From contig CAVPRW010000027.1 of the NCBI GenBank assembly GCA_963707985.1, positions 145,521-209,520 of the forward strand: a DNA stretch of 64,000 bases. The letters are read 5' to 3'. Below, piece after piece: positions 1 to 10,364 of the stretch (position 1 is its first letter; each line of letters starts with the position of its first letter). Below the pieces are notes generated by a model. The model was given only the letters and a program-made list of their open reading frames with translations. It did not search any database and had not been told where the DNA came from. Position numbers and translations under genes: made by a program. Source of the DNA: an uncultured Nitrospinota bacterium (GTDB lineage: Bacteria > Tectomicrobia > Entotheonellia > J063 > CAVPRW01).

Positions 1-26
1 GCGCTGCAGGACCATTGAGCCGCCAA

Positions 27-177
27 GCGGAGGCGCGCGAACAGCTCGGCGGCTAGTTCCGGATCGGCACCAAGGATCGCCACAAAGCGATCGGCGTCGC
101 CGCACGGATTCCAGGGGCATGCCTGGGCACCGTCGAAATATGGCCGGTCACGGAGGTCGAGGGCCTGCGGACCGATG
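27..177 (+). pseudogene. YciI/DGPF-family C-terminal remnant
   Basis: Frame from 27 reads AEAREQLGG*FRIGTKDRHKAIGVAARIPGACLGTVEIWPV, resembling the YciI motif EQLGGYY...AARIP...GTVEVRPV; in-frame TAG at 54-56. Confidence 0.55.
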
Positions 178-498
178 AGTGTCCGCGACAGGCGGAAGCC
201 TTCCGCGGAGGGCCCCCTGGGTCCCCCACCATGGACTCATTCAACATGTAGCCCAATTTCTTGGAGTTGGTTACCCTCTGTTAGACACTTTGGAGGTATT
301 GCCCCGTAACGATTTGACGCACAGCTTGGGCATGACGAAAGCATCGGGCAGTCTTCGTGTGCTTGATGAAGCTCGCTAAGGGTGGACAGGGCGGCATCGG
401 AAAATTGGAGTTTGAGCGTGCGCCTGAAGATGCTATCTTAAGCAAATCCTCGAAAAACGACGAAGATAAACCTCACAAGCTGGTGGGGTGACTCTCTT

Positions 499-1566
499 AT
501 GGGAAAACTCCTTTCCGGCGTCAATGTTCCAGGAGCTGCTCTCCGTCTGGTCGTGAGCATCATCTTAGCGTACGTGCTGCTGGAGAGCGCCATCCCCGCC
601 TCTGAGACGCCGTTCATGCTGCTGCAGCCGCCCGCTGCGGAACCGCAGGAGCCTATTACACCCATTCCGCTTTCCCTGGCTCTTGATCCACAACGGGTCG
701 CCCTCGGCGAACGGCTGTTTCACGATGTGCGGCTCTCTCACGACAATACACGCGCCTGCACCGTGTGCCATCCGATCCAGCGCGGCGGCATGGACGGGCG
801 GCCCCGTGCCATCACTGCCAAGGGGACCCTCCATCTCCGCAACACCCCGACGATCTTCAACGTGGGGCTCAATGCCGCGTTTAACTGGGACGGCATGGTG
901 ACCACTTTGGAGGCCCATGCTGAGACCATTCTATTGCAACCAAACCTGATGAACACGACTTGGCCGGAGCTCCTGGCCAAATTACAGGCCGATGCCGACT
1001 ACGTGACCCGCTTCAACACCGCCTACGCGGGAGGCCTGACGCCAGCCAGTGTGTTGGATGCCCTAGCCAGCTTCGAGCGCTCCTTGCTTACACCCAACGC
1101 CCGTTTCGACCGCTATCTGCGGGGCGAGCTGCAGGCGCTGACAGCACCAGAGCAGCAGGGGTATCGACTGTTCAAGTCCTATGGGTGTGTGGCCTGTCAC
1201 CAAGGGATGAATATCGGCGGCAACATGTATCAGAAATTCGGCATCTTTGCGGCGCCTGGCGGCATGGACAGCCCTGCTGCGGTCATCGACTTGGGGCGCT
1301 ATGTCGTCACCAAGGTGCCGCGAGACCGCGAGGTGTTCCGCGTGCCGAGCCTGCGCAATGTCGCGGTGACTGCCCCCTATTTTCACGATGGGCGTGCCTC
1401 CACCCTGGAGGGTGCCGTGGAAACGATGGCGAGAGTCCAGTTAGGGAGGACCATCACGCCAGAGGAGATTGGGTTGATCGTGCAGTTCCTGCATACCCTG
1501 ACCGGCGAATATCACGGCCGGCCTGTGGCGATATCCGTACAGGAGCACAGTGAGAGGTATGAGTAA
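499..1566 (+). CDS. Di-heme cytochrome c peroxidase (CCP/MauG family), exported
   Basis: Two CxxCH motifs (CTVCH, CVACH); LGERLFHDVRLS, RNTPTIFN, FRVPSLRNVAVTAPYFHDG; hydrophobic N-terminus. Confidence 0.92.
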   Translation: MGKLLSGVNVPGAALRLVVSIILAYVLLESAIPASETPFMLLQPPAAEPQEPITPIPLSLALDPQRVALGERLFHDVRLSHDNTRACTVCHPIQRGGMDGRPRAITAKGTLHLRNTPTIFNVGLNAAFNWDGMVTTLEAHAETILLQPNLMNTTWPELLAKLQADADYVTRFNTAYAGGLTPASVLDALASFERSLLTPNARFDRYLRGELQALTAPEQQGYRLFKSYGCVACHQGMNIGGNMYQKFGIFAAPGGMDSPAAVIDLGRYVVTKVPRDREVFRVPSLRNVAVTAPYFHDGRASTLEGAVETMARVQLGRTITPEEIGLIVQFLHTLTGEYHGRPVAISVQEHSERYE

Positions 1567-3630
1567 CGTGTGGAAGTCTTTGGCGGTCGTCTCTGGCCTG
1601 CTGCTGCTCCTCACCTACTTGCTGATCCAGAGCAGGAGCCCGGACCTGGCGCTGCGGGTACGCATGCAAGAGGCCTTGCAGACGCTGCAACTGCATGATA
1701 CGGAGCTGACCCGTGACGTGTTGCTGGCGCGTGCCGGGCTTCTTCCCCATTATGATTCGCTGCCGCGGACCGGGCAGAGTCTGTCCCGGACTTTGGGGAT
1801 ACTGCGCGCCGAGAGCGCAACGGTCTCGGGCCGGCGGCACAGGAAATGGGCCAGCGCGTCGAGGCCCTGGCGGCCGCGCTGCACCAAAAGTTGACCCTGG
1901 TCGAGTACTTCACATCGGACAACGCCTTGCTGCGGAACTCCTTGACGTATCTCACCTATGCGGGGCAAACCCTGGGCACACGTGTCGAGGAGGAGCCGGT
2001 GGTGGCGGCAGACATCGCTGCCCTCTCGCACGTGCTGTTGCGGTTCATACACACGCCAGAGCTGAGCGTGGGCAACGAGCTCGGGGCAGCGCTCCAGCGC
2101 CTGTCACAAACTCCCCTCTTCCCGCAGGACTTCCACACGCTGGTCGCCCATGGGCGGCTCATTATGGAGGTCCTGCCGCAGGTCGATACCCTCTTACGCC
2201 AGATCATCGCCGCTCCAACGGCGGCCCATGCCGCTGCCTTCCAGGATGCCGTGCTGCAGTATGCCAACAGGGTCGAGGCACGCGCGGAACTGTTTCGGGT
2301 GCTGCTGTATCTGGTGGCCGTCATGCTGGTGGGCTACCTCCTCTACCAATTCATGCGGCTGCGGGCCAATGCTCGAGACCTGCGCCGTGCCAATGCGGAC
2401 TTACAGCGGGAGATGGGCGAGCGTCAGCAGGCTGTCGGCGCCTTGCGCGCCAGCGAAGAACGCTTCCGTGCCATCACGGAATCGGCCAATGATGCCATCA
2501 TTTCCGCTGATAGCTCGGGACACATCGTCTCCTGGAACACGCGGGCCGAGGCGATCTTCGGTTACACCGCGGAGGAAATCCTGGGCGCACCCCTCACGCA
2601 CCTGATGCCCGCACGCTACCATGCGTCCCACGTGCAGCGCTTTACGCAGTGGTCTGATACCGGATCTTCTCGCCTGGTCGGCACGATGGTGGAGTTTGTC
2701 GGCGTGCGCAAAGATGGCGGTGAGTTCCCGCTGGAGATTTCGCTATCGACCTGGTCTACGGCGCAGGGCTACTATGTAACAGGCATTATTCGCGACCTCA
2801 CAGCCCACAAGCAGTTGCAGGAAACGACCCGCCAGCAGAGGATGCAGCTCATCCAGGCGAACAAGATGACCGCCCTGGGCACACTCGTGTCGGGCGTGGC
2901 GCACGAAATCAACAATCCGAACCAGGTCGTGTTAATGAACTCAGGGGTATTGGCAAAAGCCTGGGATGACGCGGTGGGAATCTTGGACACCTACGAGCGC
3001 GAAAACGGCACCTTTACACTCGGCGGCTTGCCCTACACCGAGATGCGCGACGCCATTCCTGCACTCGTCGTCGACGTGCACGACGGCGCGCGGCGTATCG
3101 AGAGAATCATCGACGACCTCAAAGATTTTGCCCGTCCCCGCGTACGGGGCGTGCACACCGACTTGCAGTTGAACGACGCCGTACAGCGCGCGCTGCGCTT
3201 ACTGGCGCATCTGATCAAGCAGCACACGGACCACTTTCACGTCGATTTTGCTCAAGGTTTACCGGCTTTGCAGGGGGATGCTCAGCACGTCGAGCAAATC
3301 GTGGTGAATCTCCTGACCAACGCCCTGGAGGCACTGCCTGACAGGAGGCACGGGGTCACCGTGACCACCGCCTTCCACACCGCCGAGCGCTGTATGCTGC
3401 TTGAGGTACGCGACGAAGGGGTCGGGATTGCGCCGGAGCATCTCGAACGCCTGTGCGATCCGTTCTTCACCACCAAGGACGAGAGCGGGGGGACAGGGCT
3501 CGGGCTGGCCATCACCTCCTCGCTCGTCCGCGTGCATGGGGGCCAGCTCACCTTTGCGTCCGAGCCGGGCAAGGGCACCTGCGCACGGGTCATCTTTCCG
3601 AGCCCCGAAGAGGCGCAGCCGAGCTCCTGA
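1559..3630 (+). CDS. Membrane sensor histidine kinase (DAHL-like periplasmic domain, PAS, HisKA, HATPase), frameshifted near 1835
   Basis: ORFs 1550-1894 (TM, helical sensor start) and 1846-3630 join; H-box GVAHEINNP, N-box NLLTNA, DEGVG, FFTTK, GTGLGL; start overlaps the CCP stop. Confidence 0.85.
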
Positions 3631-3877
3631 ACCTTCAGAATAGCCGGCAGTGCGCCACTCTGCGGCGACGCTTGCCGCGTCGCGGTCCCTTGGGGGGTGC
3701 GACAATGGTGGCACCTGCCCCGTCCGTCGCACCCCACGATTGCCTTGCCTCTCAAGACTCCTCGCTGTTTCCGCCTTTTCCTTGTCGCGTTTTGTCGCAG
3801 GGGTGAAGCCCGCCTTTGTGATCCTCAATCTTTTCTAACCCATTGATACTAGAAGCATTCATGGAACCGTAACAACC

Positions 3878-3893
3878 CGGCACGGGGGATGCT
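3878..3893 (+). promoter_or_regulatory. Sigma54 (-24/-12) promoter
   Basis: CGGCACGGGGGATGCT = GG-N10-GC; intergenic, upstream of the 4152/4319 ORFs. Confidence 0.6.
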
Positions 3894-4151
3894 CTCTACT
3901 TCGTTCTGTCCGGCTCGCCTGGAGCCTCCTAGGTGACAGGCAGGTGGCAACTGCACCCCAGCGCCACCACTTGCCTGGCAGCTTCTCAGGCGTCTAGATC
4001 AACGTGAAGCGTCGGCCGTGTACGCGGTACCGGCTGGCATCGGGAGGCCGATGGAACGTCAGCCATCGCGACCAGGAGACCACAATGCAGATTCTCAAGA
4101 TCCCAAACACCTGGAGAGTCACACCGCAGAAAGGAGAGAACGCATAAGAAG

Positions 4152-4319
4152 ATGGCGATCACACAGGCTGAATATCTCTGGCTTGACGGAGCCGCGCCGG
4201 TCCACCGGCTGCGCGCCACGTCTCGCATCGTCGCTTTAGCGGATGGAGTACTTGCCCAGATCGTCCAGGGCAAGGTCGTGATCATGTGGATCAACCAAAC
4301 CATAAAAGGAGAGTTGTGA
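4152..4319 (+). pseudogene. 55-aa ORF with glutamine synthetase II-like N-terminal fragment
   Basis: MAITQAEYLWLDGAAPVHRLRATSRIV resembles GSII AEYIWLDG..P...LRSKTR; its TGA overlaps the ATG at 4319. Confidence 0.5.
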
Positions 4320-5656
4320 TGGTACAGCAACGCCTGCAGAGATTCGGTTACGCTGTCGTCATCGGGCTGGTCGTGGCCCTGGCGAGTACGTTCATGGCCT
4401 GTACCTTTGGGGCGCCGATTGGAAGCGACACCCCTGAAGGCATCAATGAAATCCTCAATAAGGCCCCGGTCCGCAGCCTCTCGGAAGGGGACCGCTGGAC
4501 GGTCTATGAAGTCCCCGGGAAGATCCGCGTCCAGCACGGCTATGGCTGTGTGAAACAGGGCTATGCCGCCACCGAAGACTATGTCGGGTTCCGCATTCAG
4601 GACATGGAAGCAGTGCCCCTCGAATTTGGCGACGCCGGCACCATCATCCTGAATGGGTGGGATGCCCAGTACACGAACGGCGACCACCATCTACTCGGGC
4701 TGGGCACGGCGATTTTCAACATCACCGGGACACTCACCCCAACCCAGTTCGAGCTGAGCTGGGAGGCCGGCGGGGTGTTGAGTGATAACGACGGCAATGA
4801 CGGCTATAAATGGTGTTACCGGTATACGCTGGTGTTCTGGAAGCGGGGCGCAATTGAGGCCGTGGTACCCCCTCAGGACGACGTGTCGACCACATTTGTG
4901 GACTCGAATACCGGTCCACCCTTGTACGACATCCACGGGAAATTCACCGATTCGACGTACAAAGGTGGCCCGCGGGTGGTGCTGCCACGGGGCGTTGGCC
5001 TGGTGTGGGGTGATGAGGATCACCATGTGTTACAAGTTGGCTTTGACCTGGGCACCCCTCCCCTGGGAGGCACCACAGTCCCCACTGGCAATACGATCAC
5101 CTGGACCTCGCAGACGATTTTGAAGGACAATGATCCGGACAACGCGTACAACGCGGCAGCGCTCGTCAGCATCCTGAGTGGGCAGGGCGTCGAGATGTGG
5201 CAGCCCCGCAGCGTGTTGCACCTGACGGGCATTCCCCCCGCCTGGGTGCAGGAGCCGACCCAGCTGATCCTCCAGCCCGCCGAGCCAATTTCCTTCGGTC
5301 AGGGGTGCATTCTCGACGGGAGTGAGGAGTTCCAGGAGTTTTACTCGGTAGAACGGGTGCCCTACGAGTATGCGATCCCCGTGCTGACCGGGTGGGATAT
5401 GCAGTATGACTGTACCGACCATCATGTCGAACGGATCGGGGTCTTCCTGGCCGACTTTGAGTATGTCAAAGCTCCCAACGCCCCCACCGGGACCCTGCAC
5501 TATACGATTTTCTCCACCCTGAGGGACGACTCGGATAACGGTCATAACGCGAAGTACAAGGTCAGCGTTCTGGGGTTCAACAAACTGGGCGGGGGTCGCC
5601 TAAGCCACCTGACAAGACGGCCCCTTCCCCCCAGGCACCCCTCCCGGATGTGTTGA
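4319..5656 (+). CDS. Predicted secreted protein or lipoprotein with three DHH-containing repeats
   Basis: RBS AAAGGAG before ATG 4319; signal peptide ending in lipobox-like FMAC; repeats LNGWDAQYTNGDHHL / PRGVGLVWGDEDHHV / LTGWDMQYDCTDHHV. Confidence 0.75.
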   Translation: MVQQRLQRFGYAVVIGLVVALASTFMACTFGAPIGSDTPEGINEILNKAPVRSLSEGDRWTVYEVPGKIRVQHGYGCVKQGYAATEDYVGFRIQDMEAVPLEFGDAGTIILNGWDAQYTNGDHHLLGLGTAIFNITGTLTPTQFELSWEAGGVLSDNDGNDGYKWCYRYTLVFWKRGAIEAVVPPQDDVSTTFVDSNTGPPLYDIHGKFTDSTYKGGPRVVLPRGVGLVWGDEDHHVLQVGFDLGTPPLGGTTVPTGNTITWTSQTILKDNDPDNAYNAAALVSILSGQGVEMWQPRSVLHLTGIPPAWVQEPTQLILQPAEPISFGQGCILDGSEEFQEFYSVERVPYEYAIPVLTGWDMQYDCTDHHVERIGVFLADFEYVKAPNAPTGTLHYTIFSTLRDDSDNGHNAKYKVSVLGFNKLGGGRLSHLTRRPLPPRHPSRMC

Positions 5657-5689
5657 AGAAGTAGTTCCGATCGCGCCGTAGCCCGCCGT

Positions 5690-5713
5690 GCCGGGGGGCG
5701 CCGCCCCCCGGCT
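5690..5713 (+). terminator. GC-rich hairpin
   Basis: GCCGGGGGGCG..CGCCCCCCGGC stem after the ORF; weak U-tract. Confidence 0.35.
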
Positions 5714-5745
5714 TCATCTCACACAGGATGCTCCAAGGAGACGTC

Positions 5746-6615
5746 ATGACCACACCCTGCACACGCCCCCGGGCCCGCACCACCGATGGCCGCGGCGTCC
5801 ACCAGCGACTCGCCTGGCAGACGACCCTCTGGTTGGGCGCGTTTGCCGGGCTGTTTGGGTATTTCCTGTTGCGTTACATGGTGCTGCAATTGCCCGTCTT
5901 GCCCCCCTACACCGTGGGGCCCCTCACGTTCACCCCCTTTGGGCCACTGGTCGCCCTGGGCATATGCTTCGGCATCCACCTCACCCACCGCTGGTGTGGG
6001 CACTTTGACCTGGAGTGGCCCACCGTGCAAGCCGTAGTGGCCTGGGTCTTGACCACGGGCGTGGTGATGGCACATTTCATGGCCCTTGGCGATGCCTCCC
6101 CCGCCCGGCTGTTCGATCCCAGCGCCTTGCTAAATATGCGCAGCGACCTTTCCTCGTTTGGCGGGTTTCTCGGCGGCACCATCGCCGCCGTGGTGTTCTG
6201 TAAGCGACGGGCGTTACCCCTCCGCCCGGTACTCGATTGCGTCCTTTACGGCTTGATCGGCGGCTGGCTCTTTGGGCGGCTGGGCTGTTTCTCGGTCCAT
6301 GACCACCCGGGCGTTCCGACCGCGTTCCCAACCGGCGTGCGCATCCAGGGGGTGCTGCGTCACGATCTCGGGTTGTATGAACTGGTGTTTACTCTGGGGT
6401 TGTTTACGGTTCTGACACTGGCCATGCGTCGGCGTCGGCGCTTTGACGGGTTTGTCGTGGCGGTGACGGCCACGACCTACGCCCTCGTGCGCTTTGGCCT
6501 CGATTTCCTCCGCGTGGGTGACACCACGTATGCCGCCTTGACCCTGGCCCAATGGGGCTGTCTGCCGTTGTTCGCGCTCGGCGTGCACACCTTTCGGCGC
6601 GGCTGGCGGCGATGA
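5746..6615 (+). CDS. Lgt-like (prolipoprotein diacylglyceryl transferase family) protein, atypical
   Basis: Multi-TM; SSFGGFLGG, GRLGCFSVHDHPG, HDLGLYE, RFGLDFLR, LTLAQW; RBS AAGGAG before ATG 5746. Confidence 0.85.
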   Translation: MTTPCTRPRARTTDGRGVHQRLAWQTTLWLGAFAGLFGYFLLRYMVLQLPVLPPYTVGPLTFTPFGPLVALGICFGIHLTHRWCGHFDLEWPTVQAVVAWVLTTGVVMAHFMALGDASPARLFDPSALLNMRSDLSSFGGFLGGTIAAVVFCKRRALPLRPVLDCVLYGLIGGWLFGRLGCFSVHDHPGVPTAFPTGVRIQGVLRHDLGLYELVFTLGLFTVLTLAMRRRRRFDGFVVAVTATTYALVRFGLDFLRVGDTTYAALTLAQWGCLPLFALGVHTFRRGWRR

Positions 6616-7014
6616 CGCGGAGCCGCAATCTAATCCGGGAATAAGGGTTTGGCGAGACATGGCAACAAAGGCTTCTGAAAGAAGGGAGGGATGGACAGAT
6701 GGATGTCATGACAGAAGTCCGGTTAATGGTGCTCAGCGGGTGGGTGCTGCTGTACGGCCTGGCATTCGGGATAGCTGTTGGCATCAAGGCGCTGCGCAAG
6801 CGCCGGAAGCGCCAGCCATAGGCATGGCCCGCCGCCGTGGACGCAGCGCCGGTCGGCCTCTTCTCAGGTGCTGCTCCAGCTTACGCATTCTCAGTGATGA
6901 CTTCTGCATAAGGAGGCCTATTGCGATGGAGCTCGTTCTAGCTGATGGTACAGTTTTCTCCCGGTCGATCATTTGGTGCGCTGCGCGCGGCCCGGGGAGA
7001 GAAGGGTTTGAGTC

Positions 7015-7175
7015 ATGAATTCCCTCTCCTCGTATCTGACAAAAGACTCGCCAATACTGCCCCGGCGAGTTCTGGTCTTGGGTTCCGGAGCCCTGAAGAT
7101 TGGGCAAGCGGGCGAAATCGAGGCCACTGAGGACCGCCAGCTCTTTGTCGAGATGCTCGATGACATCAGGCTGGC
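7015..7175 (+). pseudogene. carB: Carbamoyl-phosphate synthase large subunit remnant
   Basis: RRVLVLGSGALKIGQAGE joined directly to IEATEDRQLF; both are CarB N-terminal motifs, with the intervening part deleted. Confidence 0.55.
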
Positions 7176-7895
7176 CATTGACCTCGGGATTTCCGTCGTT
7201 GGCGAAGCCGCTCTGACGCGTTGCGTGATTCAAGCACTCCTCAGCGCGCCGCTCGAATTACTTGAGGTAAAACCCTGGAAGCACTACGTGTCCCAGGTCT
7301 CGGCCGAGCGAGCCCGGTGTACACACCTGCTTGTTCGCGGGGAGGACGATGAGGCCGGTGAGCGAAGGAGGGGCATTCGAGGTGGCATACAATATCTTCG
7401 GCGGCAAGCGTGTTCAAGTATTCTTCGCCGTCTGGGAGCAGGCACCTATCAAGACCACTCTCCTTCGGGATCTGGACGAGTTAGTGCCTGTTCGATATGT
7501 CACGTTCAGCAGCCCAGAGGAACTCAGGAAGCCGCTGTTGGAATTCCTCGGCGCCTTTGCGGGGATCAGCGACACCGATGCTGCCGACTTAGCAGACCTG
7601 AGCAGTTGGGAAGCCGATGAGGTCACCGCGCCAGCAGGATGGACATAGGGGGACAAACAGACAAACTTCGCCAAATTTCCGTGACGTATATGGCTGGCTA
7701 TAGCGACCTTATTCCGAGGCGCGAACGCCTTGCCGCCGCACAAGATATAATGCTCTATGATCATCAATCGTTGGGCGCGGGTGAGATGGCCCGAAAAGTG
7801 GCCCAATATCAAGGTATCAGGGCATATCTGCCTGATAATCATTGGTTCGGCCGTCTTGCATACGATCGGCTGCCCATCACTTTCTAGGAGCTAGT

Positions 7896-8087
7896 CTGGA
7901 AGGCATTCAGTTCGTCGTCAACGAGAAGGGTCAGAAAGTCGCTGTCTTGATTGATTTGCACAAGTACGGTGAACTGTGGGAGGACTTTTACGACAGCCTC
8001 ATCGCCCGTTTGCGAAAGGAGGAGCCAAGGGAAATCCTGACTTCGGTCAAAAAGCGTCTGCGCAAACAAGGCAAACTCGGTGACTGA
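7896..8087 (+). CDS. Small antitoxin paired with RelE/ParE toxin
   Basis: EGIQFVVNEKGQKVAVLIDL...WEDFYD; AGGAG precedes a CTG at 7896; overlaps the toxin start. Confidence 0.6.
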   Translation: MEGIQFVVNEKGQKVAVLIDLHKYGELWEDFYDSLIARLRKEEPREILTSVKKRLRKQGKLGD

Positions 8088-8340
8088 ACATATGATTACG
8101 TTCGCGCGCTCTGCTCGCAGAGAGCTGGAGGCGTTGGATGTGCGTGTCGTCCAGCGAATAGTATCGGCGATCGACGCGTTAGCCGGAGATCCACGTCCCA
8201 GAGGCTGTCGCAAACTGCGAGGAGAGAGCAATCTCTGGCGGATTCGGATCGGCGAGTATCGAGTAGTCTAGGCGGTATATGATGCGAGGCGGCTTGTCGA
8301 CATCATTGCGGTTCGCCATCGTAGCAAAGCCTATGAATGA
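8080..8340 (+). pseudogene. RelE/ParE-family toxin with premature stop
   Basis: DPRPRGCRKLRG...WRIRIGEYRVV*AVYDARRLVDIIAVRHRSKAYE; in-frame TAG at 8269-8271. Confidence 0.8.
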
Positions 8341-8378
8341 GCCAATGGCAGGTGTGCAGGGATAATAAGCAGAGAACG

Positions 8379-8424
8379 GCCGAACCAGAGCCTGGAGCCG
8401 ACGCGCAAGAAGCCGCGCGCGGCC
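8379..8424 (+). mobile_element. attC site, left part only
   Basis: GCCGAAC then cagagcctggagccgacgcg...ccgcgcgcggc, same family as the attC at 10261 and 59950; no GTTRRRY end. Confidence 0.6.
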
Positions 8425-8600
8425 GACATTGACCTTCACATCTCACTCACTAATCAAACAGCCGAGAGAAGCTCTCGCGAAACGGCCGCGCGGGGCGCTC
8501 AAGGTGCCAACCCGCCAAACGTCACGCAATGGGTGCTGCAGTGAATCAGAACCCGTCTAACCGCGCAGCCGAAAGGGGGAAGCCATAGACTTTTATTCCG

Positions 8601-8765
8601 TAGTTGACGAGCCTGACGAGACGGCGAGCTGGGCCTATCTTCTCGGCGAGGTCAGCGTCTACATGGAATTGCTATTCATTTTGAACAGCCGCCGTGACAA
8701 AGAGGTCTGGCAGTACATCGTTGGCGTGGCCGCTCACCTCGAGTACCTCGCTGAAGCTGTCATCC
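8601..8765 (+). pseudogene. Fragment homologous to the HEPN-like cassette ORF at 60012-60545
   Basis: FILNSRRDKEVWQYIVGVAAHLEYLAEAVI vs FALNTDADLWVWIFVNGAAAHLEYLAVAIL. Confidence 0.55.
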
Positions 8766-8888
8766 CTCGCTGCGCCCGGGACTCCGCTGCGCTTCGTTGG
8801 ACGGCAGCCGTCATAGTACCCGTCACCCGAGCCCTGGTTCAAGACTCCCTGTGCTATAATCTGGTTCGGACGTAATCGACTGGTCGCC

Positions 8889-9239
8889 ATGCCCAGTAAC
8901 AGGATGCTTATGCCTGCTGGCAGACGTTGGACGGTTCGGGATCGCTATAGCAATGCTGTCTACCTCACGCATGAGCGATGGCACCACATTATCGGGGCAA
9001 TGAACCATCCCGAGATGGCGCTTTACGAAGAGCAATTGAAAGAAACCATACAGTCAGGCCAGCGCCGACAAGATGCTCTCAACCCGCAAAAATACCGCTA
9101 CGTCAAAGCGTTTGCTGATCTGCCCGAGGGCAACACGCATATGGTCGCGATCGTCTTGTTTCGGTTTCGTCAGGGCGACGACGGGAAACTCAATCCGAAC
9201 AACTACATCGTCACGGCTTACATGAGAGAACTTGGATGA
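8889..9239 (+). CDS. Putative toxin (RelE/BrnT-like) paired with DUF2283-like gene
   Basis: VYLTHERWHHI...HPEM and C-terminal IVTAY; overlaps the next gene; TGCTATAAT extended -10 at ~8852. Confidence 0.6.
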   Translation: MPSNRMLMPAGRRWTVRDRYSNAVYLTHERWHHIIGAMNHPEMALYEEQLKETIQSGQRRQDALNPQKYRYVKAFADLPEGNTHMVAIVLFRFRQGDDGKLNPNNYIVTAYMRELG

Positions 9240-9621
9240 AACCATGAGTGAACCGGTCTTTACCTATGATGAAGCCAGCGATACGTTGTACATTTCTTTT
9301 GCACCTGGTGAGGCGGCCACAGGTATCGAATTAACGGATCATATCCTCCTGCGTATCAATAAGAGAGAGCGCCGTGCTATTGGGCTAACCCTATTGGACT
9401 ACTCCATCCTCGCGCACACAACGGATATTGGTCCACGGAGCTTCCCCCTGACGGGTCTTGACGAGCTGTCAGATGACCTACGAGAAATGGTACTGGACAT
9501 CCTGTTGCATCCACCAGTGCATGAGATCCTCTCGCTCTCGGCATATACACCCTCACTCGCTGAAATGATCCCAATCATCTCATTGCAACCGTTGTCAGTA
9601 GCAGCAAGTACATCCTTATAG
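9232..9621 (+). CDS. DUF2283-like putative antitoxin
   Basis: FTYDEASDTLYISF...IGLTLLDYS; acidic. Confidence 0.7.
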   Translation: MDETMSEPVFTYDEASDTLYISFAPGEAATGIELTDHILLRINKRERRAIGLTLLDYSILAHTTDIGPRSFPLTGLDELSDDLREMVLDILLHPPVHEILSLSAYTPSLAEMIPIISLQPLSVAASTSL

Positions 9622-9667
9622 CACCGGCAAGTTACCGTCTAACCGCAAGGTCAAGCCGTTCAACGGA

Positions 9668-10255
9668 GTGAGCACACTTTTCAGGCGACTACGCACACAC
9701 CTAGCGTCCGTTGGCCCCGGTGTCCAAATTGAGTTCTACCTGATAAGCAGCGGTCTTGGGGAAATCCTGCGTAACACGCAAATCGCCAAGCACTTCGCGG
9801 CTATTTGGGCCTGCGATTTCGAGTATGGTCCGGACGCACGAATCACCTTCCCTAAACGCATCGTGAGCTTTACTGACAAAACACGCTATCTGTTTTACGT
9901 CTCAAAGGGACTAATTGGACCCGAATATGATTCGAAGCCGTTCGAGGTAAACCGCAAAGTACCTGATGATCAGCTTCGTGTCCCTTTTGACCGCATGATC
10001 TTCGTGGGGGACGGCTATACTGACGTTCCTTGCTTCTCGTTGGTACGCAAAGCCGGCGGCGTGGCTTTAGGTGTGTACGATCCCAACAACCGTAAACGTT
10101 GGGGACGCGCTTGGGGATTCATCGAGGACGGACGCGTGTCAAACCTTGTGCCGGCGGATTATGGTAAATCCGGCAGCCTCTACCATTCGCTGCTGATGGC
10201 ACTTGACGCTATGGCGAATCGCGTTGCACTCATGCGTCAATCATACCAAGGTTAG
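9668..10255 (+). pseudogene. HAD-like hydrolase, 5'-truncated cassette gene
   Basis: YLISSGL, IWACDF, KTRYLF, MIFVGDGYTDVPCF; motif I absent; attC follows immediately. Confidence 0.7.
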
Positions 10256-10260
10256 AGGCC

Positions 10261-10319
10261 GTCTAACAACAGCCTGGAGCCGACGCGGTAACCCGCGCAG
10301 CTCATGCCTACCGTTCGGT
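10261..10319 (+). mobile_element. attC site (59 bp)
   Basis: GTCTAAC...agcctggagccgacgcggtaacccgcgcagctcatgcctacc...GTTCGGT; internal palindrome; begins just after the HAD gene stop. Confidence 0.75.
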
Positions 10320-10364
10320 AGACCAAGCAAGAAAGTCAAACAGCGAGATCGTCCAGGGGGCTTG

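Noticed and set aside
270..312. gttagacac and gccccgta as a distal att copy of the tRNA island or an attC
   Set aside because: Only 7-8 bp matches and no palindromic structure.
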